Shown here: one piece after another, positions 28,972 through 36,811 of the stretch
How the letters are laid out: every line of letters begins with the position of its first letter
Position numbering within the stretch: position 1 is the first letter of the stretch
NCBI GenBank assembly: GCA_965230925.1
Contig: OZ246403.1
Location: 68,360-132,359, forward strand
Length of the DNA: 64,000 nt
Direction of reading: 5' to 3'
Source: an uncultured Candidatus Saccharibacteria bacterium
Lineage (GTDB): Bacteria; Patescibacteriota; Minisyncoccia; Phycocordibacterales; JACOZG01
The notes under the pieces: generated by a model
Told to the model about the DNA's origin: nothing
The model's database searches: none
The model's input: the letters and a program-made list of their open reading frames with translations, nothing else
Translations under genes and position numbers: made by a program

Positions 28972-30192
28972 ATGTCAAGCAAGGTAAAAGGTGTGGAAAA
29001 GTTAGTCGACCGGCCTGGCGTGTACTTCTTTAAGCGTGGGCGGGAGATTCTGTATATTGGCAAGGCGACCTCACTCCGCGATCGGGTGCGGAGCTATTTT
29101 AATAAAGAAATTGGCGAGACGCGTGGGCCCAAGATTGAACAAATGTTGGCCCTTGCCACGCGCGTAGAGCATCAGGTAACCGACTCCGTGCTCGAGGCGC
29201 TGATTCTCGAAAGCAATTTAATTAAAAAGCATCAGCCGATTTACAATAGTCGCGAGAAGGACGACAAAACTTTTTATTATGTGGTGCTAACCAAGGAAGC
29301 TTGGCCGCGCGTGCTCCTCGAGCGAGGAAGTGATTTGGCCGCCGACAAAACACTTGATGGTGAAATTTTTGGTCCCTATCCCCACGGCAATGAACTCAAA
29401 GAAGCACTCCAGATTATCCGAAGAATTTTCCCTTTCCGAGACAAGTGCTTGCCCCGAGCGGAGTCGAGGGGTCGACCGTGCTTCAACCGGCAAATTGGTT
29501 TATGTCCCGGTGTTTGCTCGGGAGAAATTAGTCAGTCTGATTACGCCAAAATTATTCGCCACTTAAGGCTGTTTTTCCAAGGAAAAAAGAAATCGCTTCT
29601 CGCTCTTCTCAAGCGCGAAATGAAAGTCGCGGCGCGGGAACAAAACTTCGAGCAAGCGGCGAGAATGAGGAATCAAATTTTCGCCCTCGAGCATATTCAG
29701 GATGTCTCGCTGATTAAACGAAAAAATGTTGAACATTCAATGTCCAACATTAGAGTTGAGGCTTACGACGTGGCTCACTTGAGCGGTAAAAATACGGTGG
29801 GCGTGATGACCGTGGTCGTGGGTAGCGAGCTCGACAAGGCAAGTTATCGGAAGTTTAAACTCCGCGGGGTAACGGCCGAGAAGGCTGATGACACCGCAAA
29901 CTTGCGCGAAGTTCTCGAGCGCCGCTTTACTCACACAGAATGGCCGAAGCCAGATCTGGTAATTGTCGACGGTGGTCAGGCACAGATTAATGTTGCTACC
30001 CAAATTCTCACCCAACACGAACTCAAAATTCCAGTCATTGGCGTAGTGAAGGATGATAAACATAAGGCCGGCCACTTGCTCGGCCGCGCTGACCTGATCC
30101 GTGATTATCATCGCGAAATTATTCTCGCCAATGCCGAAGCCCACCGTTTCGCCATTACCTACCATCGCAAGTTGCAAAGGCGGATGATATAA
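28972..30192 (+). CDS. uvrC: Excinuclease ABC subunit C, short form (GIY-YIG plus UvrBC plus endonuclease-V-like domains; C-terminal (HhH)2 absent)
   Basis: GIY-YIG (GVYFFKRGREILYIGKA), UVR motif (QNFEQAARMRNQIFALEHI), and RNase-H-like domain. Ends at 406 aa. Confidence 0.85.
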   Translation: MSSKVKGVEKLVDRPGVYFFKRGREILYIGKATSLRDRVRSYFNKEIGETRGPKIEQMLALATRVEHQVTDSVLEALILESNLIKKHQPIYNSREKDDKTFYYVVLTKEAWPRVLLERGSDLAADKTLDGEIFGPYPHGNELKEALQIIRRIFPFRDKCLPRAESRGRPCFNRQIGLCPGVCSGEISQSDYAKIIRHLRLFFQGKKKSLLALLKREMKVAAREQNFEQAARMRNQIFALEHIQDVSLIKRKNVEHSMSNIRVEAYDVAHLSGKNTVGVMTVVVGSELDKASYRKFKLRGVTAEKADDTANLREVLERRFTHTEWPKPDLVIVDGGQAQINVATQILTQHELKIPVIGVVKDDKHKAGHLLGRADLIRDYHREIILANAEAHRFAITYHRKLQRRMI

Positions 30193-30201
30193 TTCTCGGT
30201 A

Positions 30202-31653
30202 ATGTTTGAGGCGGGGAAAGAGAAACTCGAAGCCAATGCGTGGCTAATCACCGCGCGTTGGTATTACACGATCGGCATTTTTCTTTTCTTCCTTATTTCC
30301 TTAGTGAGCCGCTCGCGGATGATCGACTTCCCACTCAAGATTACCGTTGAACTTTTTTTCCTCGGACTTCTATTCAACCTCTTCTTCTGGCTCGCGCATC
30401 GAGAAGTTAAGAAACGGGAAAGTTATGAAGACTTGCGCAATCTCTCGCTCGCTCAACTCGGAGTTGAGGTCTTGTTCTTCCTCGTTATTACCCACATCAC
30501 CGGCGGAGTAGAAGGAGTGGCTCCCGCACTTTTCTTTATCCCAATTGTGGCCTCGGTTACCCTCTTTGATCCTCGAGGACCAATTCTCACCGCCCTCGCT
30601 TCAACCCTACTCCTTAATGGTCTCGTGGTGCTCGAATATGGTGGCCTCTTAGAGCAAGCGGGAAAATATTTTGGTCTCCATTTTCTCACCTTCAATGATT
30701 GGTCGGGGGCCTGGGTCCGCGCCGCGCTTATCAGTTTAACCTACCTCATCGTTGGCCTCTTTGCAGGTTATACGGCCAGACTCATTAAGCGTCGCAGTGA
30801 TCTCTTGGCCGAGAAGCTGGTGGAAGAAAAGAATAAAATTAAAGACATTGAGCGGCTCAACCAGGAACTCACCGATTATGCAAAAGAACTTTTCGATAAA
30901 GACTTCGAACTCACTTTGGCCAATAAGCGTCTCCAAATGCTTGAGCAAGCGAAGTCAAAATTCGTTTCTGTTACTACCCACCAGCTACGCACACCGCTTG
31001 CCGCCATTAAGTGGACTTTCCACATGGTCTTGCAAGAAGGATTGGGAAAAATTAATCCGGAACAAAAAGAGTTTCTCCAAAAAGGCTTCGACAGCACCCA
31101 ACGAATTATTTCTATCGTTAATGATCTGCTCAATATCGATTATATTGAAGCCAATAAGCTGGATTATCACTTCATTCCAATTAAACTGGACGAACTAATT
31201 GAGGGTTTAATCTTCGAATTCACCAACCACGCCGAGAGTAAGAAAATTAAACTCAATTTCCTTAAACCCAACAAAATACCGCCAGAGGTAAATGCCGATC
31301 CAATTAAGATCAGCATGGTGCTCGAGAACTTGGTAGACAATGCCATTAAATATACTTCGCCCGGTGGCTCGGTAAGCGTTGAACTCAATGATGACAAGCT
31401 CAATAGCGCCGAGGCTACCCTTGAAGTAAAGGTGATCGATAGCGGTATCGGTATACCGCCCACCGAACAAGAGAAGATCTTCCATCGCTTCTTCCGCGCC
31501 TCCAATGCCGTGAAGCAGAGTCCAGATGGCTCGGGATTGGGTCTTTTTATCTCTCGTGATATTATACAGAAGCATGGCGGTCAGATGTGGTTTGAGTCTA
31601 AAGAAGGGAAGGGGACACATTTCCACTTCACCTTGCCTATTCACCGCAAATAA
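30202..31653 (+). CDS. Sensor histidine kinase with a multi-TM sensor domain, HisKA and HATPase_c
   Basis: H-box SVTTHQLRTPLAAI, and N/G boxes NLVDNAIKYT, DSGIGIP, GSGLGLFISR. Confidence 0.85.
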   Translation: MFEAGKEKLEANAWLITARWYYTIGIFLFFLISLVSRSRMIDFPLKITVELFFLGLLFNLFFWLAHREVKKRESYEDLRNLSLAQLGVEVLFFLVITHITGGVEGVAPALFFIPIVASVTLFDPRGPILTALASTLLLNGLVVLEYGGLLEQAGKYFGLHFLTFNDWSGAWVRAALISLTYLIVGLFAGYTARLIKRRSDLLAEKLVEEKNKIKDIERLNQELTDYAKELFDKDFELTLANKRLQMLEQAKSKFVSVTTHQLRTPLAAIKWTFHMVLQEGLGKINPEQKEFLQKGFDSTQRIISIVNDLLNIDYIEANKLDYHFIPIKLDELIEGLIFEFTNHAESKKIKLNFLKPNKIPPEVNADPIKISMVLENLVDNAIKYTSPGGSVSVELNDDKLNSAEATLEVKVIDSGIGIPPTEQEKIFHRFFRASNAVKQSPDGSGLGLFISRDIIQKHGGQMWFESKEGKGTHFHFTLPIHRK

Positions 31654-31680
31654 AATAAGCTATCATTAAACAAACAAACC

Positions 31681-32061
31681 ATGGCAGAAGCAAAAAACAA
31701 AAATGTAATGATTGTGGAAGACGACGAGTTCTTGCGCTCGCTCACAGCTAAGCGCTTGGAGAAAGAGGGCTTCACGGTTACGGTGGCGGTAGACGGCGAG
31801 AACGCTATTGGCACTCTCGCTAACGTGAAGCCAGATATTGTCCTTCTCGACCTGCTTCTCCCCGGTGTGGACGGCTTCGAAGTTTTGAAAAAAATTAAAA
31901 CGACCGATAATCTTAAGTCAACGCCAGTCATTATTTTCTCTAATCTTGGTCAGAAAGAAGATATCGAGAAAGCAAAGTCCATTGGTGCCGACGACTTCCT
32001 CATTAAGGCGAACTTTACGCTCGATGATGTGGTCGCCAAGATCCATAGTTTGGTAAAATAA
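31681..32061 (+). CDS. Stand-alone response regulator receiver (CheY-like)
   Basis: VMIVEDDEF...DIVLLDLLLPGVDGFEV..., 126 aa, no output domain. Confidence 0.85.
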   Translation: MAEAKNKNVMIVEDDEFLRSLTAKRLEKEGFTVTVAVDGENAIGTLANVKPDIVLLDLLLPGVDGFEVLKKIKTTDNLKSTPVIIFSNLGQKEDIEKAKSIGADDFLIKANFTLDDVVAKIHSLVK

Positions 32062-32066
32062 ACTGA

Positions 32067-33041
32067 ATGCCAAGCAAAATTCGGGTTGGGGTCATCCGCG
32101 GTGGTCCGAGCCATGAGTACGATGTCTCTCTCGAGACAGGGAAAAGTGTGCTCGCGCATCTCCCCGAGAAGTATGAGAAGAAAGATATTCTAATTACGCG
32201 CGGAGGCGTGTGGCACTTGCAAGGCTTGCCCGTTACACCAGAAAGACTGACGCAAAATGTGGACGTGATCTTCAACGCCCTCCACGGCGAATATGGTGAA
32301 GACGGCAAAGTGCAGAAGGTAATGGATGATCTGGGATTGCGCTACACTGGCTCGGGACACTTACCTTCGGCCCTCGGTATGGCCAAACACCTCGCTAAAG
32401 ATGTGTATCGCCAAGCGGGGATTAAAACGCCGCCGGGCATGGTGTTCCGTCGCGGTCAGGCGGAGCCACATGAGATGGCGAAGGAAGTCTTCACCAAAAT
32501 TTCTCCCTTCTGGATTGTGAAGCCAGCCGACCGTGGTTCTTCCGTTGGTCTACTCGTCGCCAAGACCTTACCGGAGCTGGCCGAAGCTATTAATACTTGC
32601 TTCCAATATTCATCGCTTGTTCTCGTAGAGCGCTTTATCCAAGGAGAAGAAGCGACCTGTGGCGTCGTAGACAACTTGCGCGGTGAAGAAATTTATCCGC
32701 TTTTCCCCATTGAGATCCGTAAACCTGGCAAGAAAGAAGTGTGGACCTATGATGATAAATACAGCGGCGCAACACAAGAAATTTGCCCGGGCAACTTCTC
32801 GGATGAGGTAAAACAAGAAATTCAAAACCTCGCGGCTAAGGCACATCAAGCACTTGGCCTGCGACACTATTCACGTTCTGACTTTATTATTGCGCCCAAT
32901 GGCCATATTTACCTTCTAGAGACCAATAGTTTGCCGGGCCTGACCAGTGAATCACTTTTGCCTAAAGCCCTCGCCGCCCACGGTATCTCCTACCCACAAT
33001 TCTTAGATCATGTTCTCACCCTTGCGCTAGAGGGAAAATAA
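32067..33041 (+). CDS. ddl: D-alanine--D-alanine ligase
   Basis: IRVGVIRGGPSHEYDVSL...ALHGEYGEDGKVQ plus an ATP-grasp C-terminus. Confidence 0.9.
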   Translation: MPSKIRVGVIRGGPSHEYDVSLETGKSVLAHLPEKYEKKDILITRGGVWHLQGLPVTPERLTQNVDVIFNALHGEYGEDGKVQKVMDDLGLRYTGSGHLPSALGMAKHLAKDVYRQAGIKTPPGMVFRRGQAEPHEMAKEVFTKISPFWIVKPADRGSSVGLLVAKTLPELAEAINTCFQYSSLVLVERFIQGEEATCGVVDNLRGEEIYPLFPIEIRKPGKKEVWTYDDKYSGATQEICPGNFSDEVKQEIQNLAAKAHQALGLRHYSRSDFIIAPNGHIYLLETNSLPGLTSESLLPKALAAHGISYPQFLDHVLTLALEGK

Positions 33042-33058
33042 TTTAAGCTTAAAGTCTT

Positions 33059-33131
33059 GGGCCCGTAGTTCATCTGGTAGAACGCCTCATTTGCAATGAG
33101 GAGGTAAGCGGTTCGAGTCCGCTCGGGTCCA
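33059..33131 (+). tRNA. tRNA-Ala (anticodon TGC)
   Basis: Manual cloverleaf: acceptor GGGCCCG/CGGGTCC with G3:U70, anticodon loop TTTGCAA, T-arm AGCGG-TTCGAGT-CCGCT. 73 nt, no encoded CCA. Confidence 0.8.
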
Positions 33132-33267
33132 CAATTCCTTATTTGCCAGGTTTTGGTTGGTGGGATATTCTGGGTCATGCTTCATAATCGTCAGATAAAG
33201 ACTTGGTCTAGTTTTGTTTGGAACACCTCTCCCGACCGGTAGGGTAAGGGTTGCTTTTTGTCTCTAG

Positions 33268-33296
33268 CCCCCGCCCTATCGGGCGGTTTTTGTTTG
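33268..33296 (+). terminator. Rho-independent terminator
   Basis: ccgccc tatc gggcgg followed by tttttgtttg. Confidence 0.75.
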
Positions 33297-33322
33297 TCTT
33301 TTAAAAGTTAGAACAAAAAATC

Positions 33323-34030
33323 ATGATTACTCAACCAATCAAAACCCGTGTCTTCCAGGAAGGCGAAAGCTTGCTTTCATTTATCAAGAAATATCTCAAA
33401 AAGATCCCTGAGAAATCTGTTCTCGTCGTGACTTCTAAAATTGTTGCTCTGGCAGAGAGGCGAACAGCCATTGCCGAAAATGTTCAGAGCAAAGAAAAAC
33501 TCATTCGAGCCGAGAGTGAACTCGTAATACCCACCAAATATGCCTGGCTTACCATCAAGGATGGAATGGTTATGGCTTCCGCCGGCATTGATGAATCAAA
33601 TGCGAATGGTAAATTTATTCTTTTGCCAAAAGACAGCTTCAAAACCGCCCGCCTTCTGCGCCACAAATTGCGGGGGCATTACCGGCTCAAGCATCTTGGT
33701 GTTCTCATTACCGATAGTCGGACCTTGCCGCTCCGCGCTGGCGTGGCGGGTGTGGCCACGGGGTATGCCGGCTTCCGAGGTATTAAGGATTATCGGGGCT
33801 TGCCCGACATCTTTGGGAGAAAATTTAAATTCTCTCGCACCGATGTGGCCGACAGTCTCGCTACCGCCGCCGTCTTCGTGATGGGAGAGGGAAATGAACA
33901 ACAACCTTTGGCGATTATTAAGAAAGCTCCGGTTGAATTTTGCGACAAAGTTCATCGTCAAGAATTACACATCGATATTCAAGAAGACATGTACGGACCA
34001 CTCTTTGCCAAGTTACCCAAACCTTGCTAA
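33323..34030 (+). CDS. CofE-like (F420-0:gamma-glutamyl ligase family) protein
   Basis: VLVVTSKIVALAERR and downstream GVATGYAGF blocks resemble the CofE fold. 235 aa. Confidence 0.5.
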   Translation: MITQPIKTRVFQEGESLLSFIKKYLKKIPEKSVLVVTSKIVALAERRTAIAENVQSKEKLIRAESELVIPTKYAWLTIKDGMVMASAGIDESNANGKFILLPKDSFKTARLLRHKLRGHYRLKHLGVLITDSRTLPLRAGVAGVATGYAGFRGIKDYRGLPDIFGRKFKFSRTDVADSLATAAVFVMGEGNEQQPLAIIKKAPVEFCDKVHRQELHIDIQEDMYGPLFAKLPKPC

Positions 34031-34125
34031 CCTTTTACTGAACCGTGAGCGGGCACTGCACAGGGTGTGCGGAGGCAAAAGCTCACAATTTGTTCTCCTT
34101 ATTATATTTCGTGGAGGTTGGTATA

Positions 34126-34290
34126 GTGAACACGAAGCAAGGGACTCAGGAAAAAACCCAGGAAACGAGCGTGGCCGATCGAGTGCGGACGAGAATAGCC
34201 GCGCAAGGACGACAATCTGGACAGGACACTGACGCCGCACCAAGGCTACCCGAAAAAAATCACGAGGACAGCAAAAACTCAATCACCTAA
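34126..34290 (+). CDS. Putative small hydrophilic protein of 54 aa
   Basis: GGAGG 8 nt upstream of the GTG at 34126. Terminator directly downstream. GC-rich segment. Confidence 0.3.
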   Translation: MNTKQGTQEKTQETSVADRVRTRIAAQGRQSGQDTDAAPRLPEKNHEDSKNSIT

Positions 34291-34313
34291 AACACAGAAC
34301 CACTTAGGACCCC

Positions 34314-34368
34314 GGGCCGGCTACGTTGCTATGAACAACGAGCCGGCCCAAATTTTTTGACTTTTTTC
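34314..34368 (+). terminator. Rho-independent terminator
   Basis: 9-bp stem (gggccggct / agccggccc), followed by aaattttttgacttttttc. Confidence 0.7.
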
Positions 34369-34527
34369 TTTATCCACAGTTTTGCTTTTCAACTCTTGAC
34401 GATGAAAACGAGGGGAGTAAACTGAAAGCTGGCAAGATTCATTGTTCTTTGTTGAATAGTTCCTGGGGCACGGTTGCCGAGGAAAATTTCAGAGAACATG
34501 AGTCACACTGAAAAAGGAGTCATTCGT

Positions 34528-34704
34528 ATGTTGTTTACCATTCGTAACCACATGGCCGCACATGACCGTCGACAACGTGCTTTGGCTGGTCATCTTTCGG
34601 CGAATTTCAACGTGATGAACATGATCGACGACCCTGCTGCCACCACCGCCAACAGGAAGAACACCGCCGCTCCACCTGCGACGACGACCGTTCTCCGTGT
34701 TTAG
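34528..34704 (+). CDS. Putative small protein of 58 aa
   Basis: AAAGGAG 9 nt upstream of the ATG at 34528. GC-rich segment. Confidence 0.3.
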   Translation: MLFTIRNHMAAHDRRQRALAGHLSANFNVMNMIDDPAATTANRKNTAAPPATTTVLRV

Positions 34705-34881
34705 CGCGACGAGCAGCTGACCCGGATTTAGGAACTTTCACTCCACTGCGCTGGAGTGCCCGGGACCGAAAGGTCCCAAAAACAAGAAGCCCTGTAGCCT
34801 GCATGCCAAGTAGGAGCGGGGCTTTTTCATTTTTAAATTCCATTTTCAAACGTAATTTGCTAGGATTGAGGGCGCAAATAG

Positions 34882-34955
34882 GCACCCTTAGCTCAGCTGG
34901 TTAGAGCGTACGATTCACATTCGTAAGGCCCCAGGTTCGATTCCTGGAGGGTGCA
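34882..34955 (+). tRNA. tRNA-Val (anticodon CAC)
   Basis: Acceptor GCACCCT/AGGGTGC, anticodon loop TTCACAT, T-arm CCAGG-TTCGATT-CCTGG. 74 nt. Confidence 0.8.
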
Positions 34956-34979
34956 CCCGCTTCGAGGAGCGAGGCGAGC

Positions 34980-35054
34980 CGGGGTGTGGTGTAACGGTAA
35001 CATGTCCGTCTCGGGGACGGATGACTCCGGGTTCAAATCCCGGCACCCCGACCA
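34980..35054 (+). tRNA. tRNA-Pro (anticodon CGG), with encoded CCA
   Basis: Acceptor CGGGGTG/CACCCCG, anticodon loop CTCGGGG, T-arm CCGGG-TTCAAAT-CCCGG, 3' ACCA. Confidence 0.8.
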
Positions 35055-35120
35055 AGAGTTATGATATGATGGAGGTGTTCCCAAGGTCGCTTTATTAGCG
35101 TAATACCTGAAGGAAATATT

Positions 35121-35204
35121 ATGGATACTAAATGTGAGAGTTGCGGCCACATGCACAACGCTGGTGAGAAGTGCACAGAAAGTGGTTGCAGTTGCGAAGG
35201 TTAA
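35121..35204 (+). CDS. Putative 27-aa Cys-rich mini-protein (MDTKCESCGHMHNAGEKCTESGCSCEG)
   Basis: GAAGGAAAT RBS-like sequence 4 nt upstream. CxxC...C....GC.C pattern. Confidence 0.25.
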   Translation: MDTKCESCGHMHNAGEKCTESGCSCEG

Positions 35205-35277
35205 GCTAAGTTTGCCTCATTAGAATAGAGGCCAAAATTCGCTCTGGTTTACTTCCCGAGCGGATTTTGTTTTTTTG

Positions 35278-35323
35278 TGGACCCAGCGAGAATCGGACTC
35301 GCGCCTCGGCAATGCGAATGCCG
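35278..35323 (-). other. tRNA 3'-half-like fragment (anticodon arm with CGC loop, T-arm, 3' acceptor strand) with no 5' half
   Basis: Minus-strand CGGCA-TTCGCAT-TGCCG AGGC GCGAG-TCCGATT-CTCGC TGGGTCC A. No matching GGACCCA 5' acceptor strand or D-arm upstream. Confidence 0.4.
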
Positions 35324-35377
35324 CGTAACCCGCCCGCAACGCCTGAGCGCGTAGCGATGGCGGGCGGGTACCACCTG

Positions 35378-35450
35378 TGGACCGTGCCGGAATTGCACCG
35401 GCGACCTCTCGAATGCGAATCGAGTGTTCTACTAACTGAACTAACGGCCC
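35378..35450 (-). tRNA. tRNA-Ala (anticodon CGC)
   Basis: Minus strand: acceptor GGGCCGT/ACGGTCC with G3:U70, anticodon loop TTCGCAT, T-arm GCCGG-TGCAATT-CCGGC. 73 nt. Confidence 0.8.
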
Positions 35451-35505
35451 TCAATGGTTCTACACAATAGCAAAAGGTACTTGAAAAGGGAACTTGCTAT
35501 AATGG

Positions 35506-36804
35506 TTGGTGATGAAGTGGGTAAACAACGCTGAACAAATTATTGGTAATAAATTGCGTCGTGACGCTCTTGAAATTTTAGAATCTGGCCTAACTGCCAT
35601 TGAGACCAAACACGTAGTGCGGGAAGCCCTTGATTGGAAAAATGAAACCAGAACTCTTTGCGTGCGCGGCCTTGATATTTGTTTTGCTGACTATGAGAGA
35701 ATTTATTTTATCGCAATTGGCAAATGCGCTGTAGCCGCGGCCGAAGTGGCGGAAGAAATTTTTGGCCACGAACTTACTGGCGGCTTTGTCCTTGATGTGC
35801 AGTCTGGTATTTTTTCCAAATTAGTCTCTAGGGTCGGCACTCATCCTCTGCCTTCCAATGATAATGTGTCAGCCACCGAAGATATTGTTTTGCTTCTCGA
35901 CCAAGCCACCGAGCGTGATTTGGTCTTGGTGGTAATTTCTGGCGGCGGTTCCGCTTTGCTCTGTAGTCCCAATGAGATGGGTTGTGACACTTTGGCCAAG
36001 ATTGTGGCTGAACTAATTGCAGGCGGAGCTGATATCAACGAGCTTAATACCGTGCGAAAGCATTTGTCTAAGGTGCAGGGTGGTCAATTGGCAAAAATTG
36101 CTTATCCAGCAACGGTTATTGGTCTAATTTTTTCTGATGTAATTGGTGACGATGTTTCCATGATTGCTTCCGGCCCACTAACCAAAGACACAACAACCAA
36201 AGAGGAAGCTGAACAAATTCTCGCTAAGTACCAAATTGTAACTAAGTGCGCCTTGCCAAGTTGTGAAGTCTTAGAGACACCGAAGGACGATAAATATTTT
36301 TCACGAGTTAAGACCGTGCTCGTGGTCAACAATTTGCGCGCGCTTACAGCCATGGCCAAGAAGGCAGAAGAATTGGGCTATCAGGCGAAAATTGAAACCA
36401 CCACTCTCGCTGGTGAGGCGGCTGAGGTGGGTAAAAGTTTGGCCACGCGACCACTTGAGCCCAAAACCGCATTACTTTTTGGCGGCGAAACCACGGTAAT
36501 TTCTAAAAATAGTTCGGGGCAAGGTGGCCGCAATCAAGAATTGGCCCTCGCGGCGCTTACTAAACTCGGCGATAATCGTCTCGTTCTCGCTTGTGCTTCT
36601 GATGGTTGGGATAATGGACCAGCCGCCGGCGCCATTGCTGATCAAGAGACCATTCTTTCGGTTGAGCAAGGTGGTCTCCAGCCGGAAGTGGCGCTCGGTG
36701 GTCACGATTCCTTCACTTTCTGGTCCAAGACTGATAGTCAGATTATCACCGGCAAAACTGGAGCCAATGTTTCCGATTTAATGTTAATTTTAAAAGATTT
36801 ATAA
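35506..36804 (+). CDS. Glycerate kinase (MOFRL family)
   Basis: VISGGGSALL...LNTVRKHLSKVQGGQLAK and the MOFRL C-terminal domain. 432 aa. Confidence 0.7.
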   Translation: MVMKWVNNAEQIIGNKLRRDALEILESGLTAIETKHVVREALDWKNETRTLCVRGLDICFADYERIYFIAIGKCAVAAAEVAEEIFGHELTGGFVLDVQSGIFSKLVSRVGTHPLPSNDNVSATEDIVLLLDQATERDLVLVVISGGGSALLCSPNEMGCDTLAKIVAELIAGGADINELNTVRKHLSKVQGGQLAKIAYPATVIGLIFSDVIGDDVSMIASGPLTKDTTTKEEAEQILAKYQIVTKCALPSCEVLETPKDDKYFSRVKTVLVVNNLRALTAMAKKAEELGYQAKIETTTLAGEAAEVGKSLATRPLEPKTALLFGGETTVISKNSSGQGGRNQELALAALTKLGDNRLVLACASDGWDNGPAAGAIADQETILSVEQGGLQPEVALGGHDSFTFWSKTDSQIITGKTGANVSDLMLILKDL

Positions 36805-36811
36805 TTATTTT

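Noticed and set aside
28620-29063. 147-aa minus-strand ORF spanning the noncoding interval and the uvrC start.
   Set aside because: It runs antisense across the uvrC GIY-YIG region and through GC hairpins, and its sequence is low-complexity. I treat the interval as noncoding.
35278-35377. Attempted to fold this as a complete fourth tRNA (minus strand) next to tRNA-Ala(CGC).
   Set aside because: Only an anticodon arm, T-arm and 3' acceptor strand are present. No complementary 5' acceptor strand (GGACCCA) or D-arm exists. The upstream sequence instead forms a 9-bp GC hairpin.
35206-35470. ORFs 35206-35454 (-) and 35267-35470 (+) from the six-frame track.
   Set aside because: They are superimposed on tRNA-Ala(CGC) and the tRNA-like fragment. 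GC-rich tRNA sequence often creates spurious open frames.
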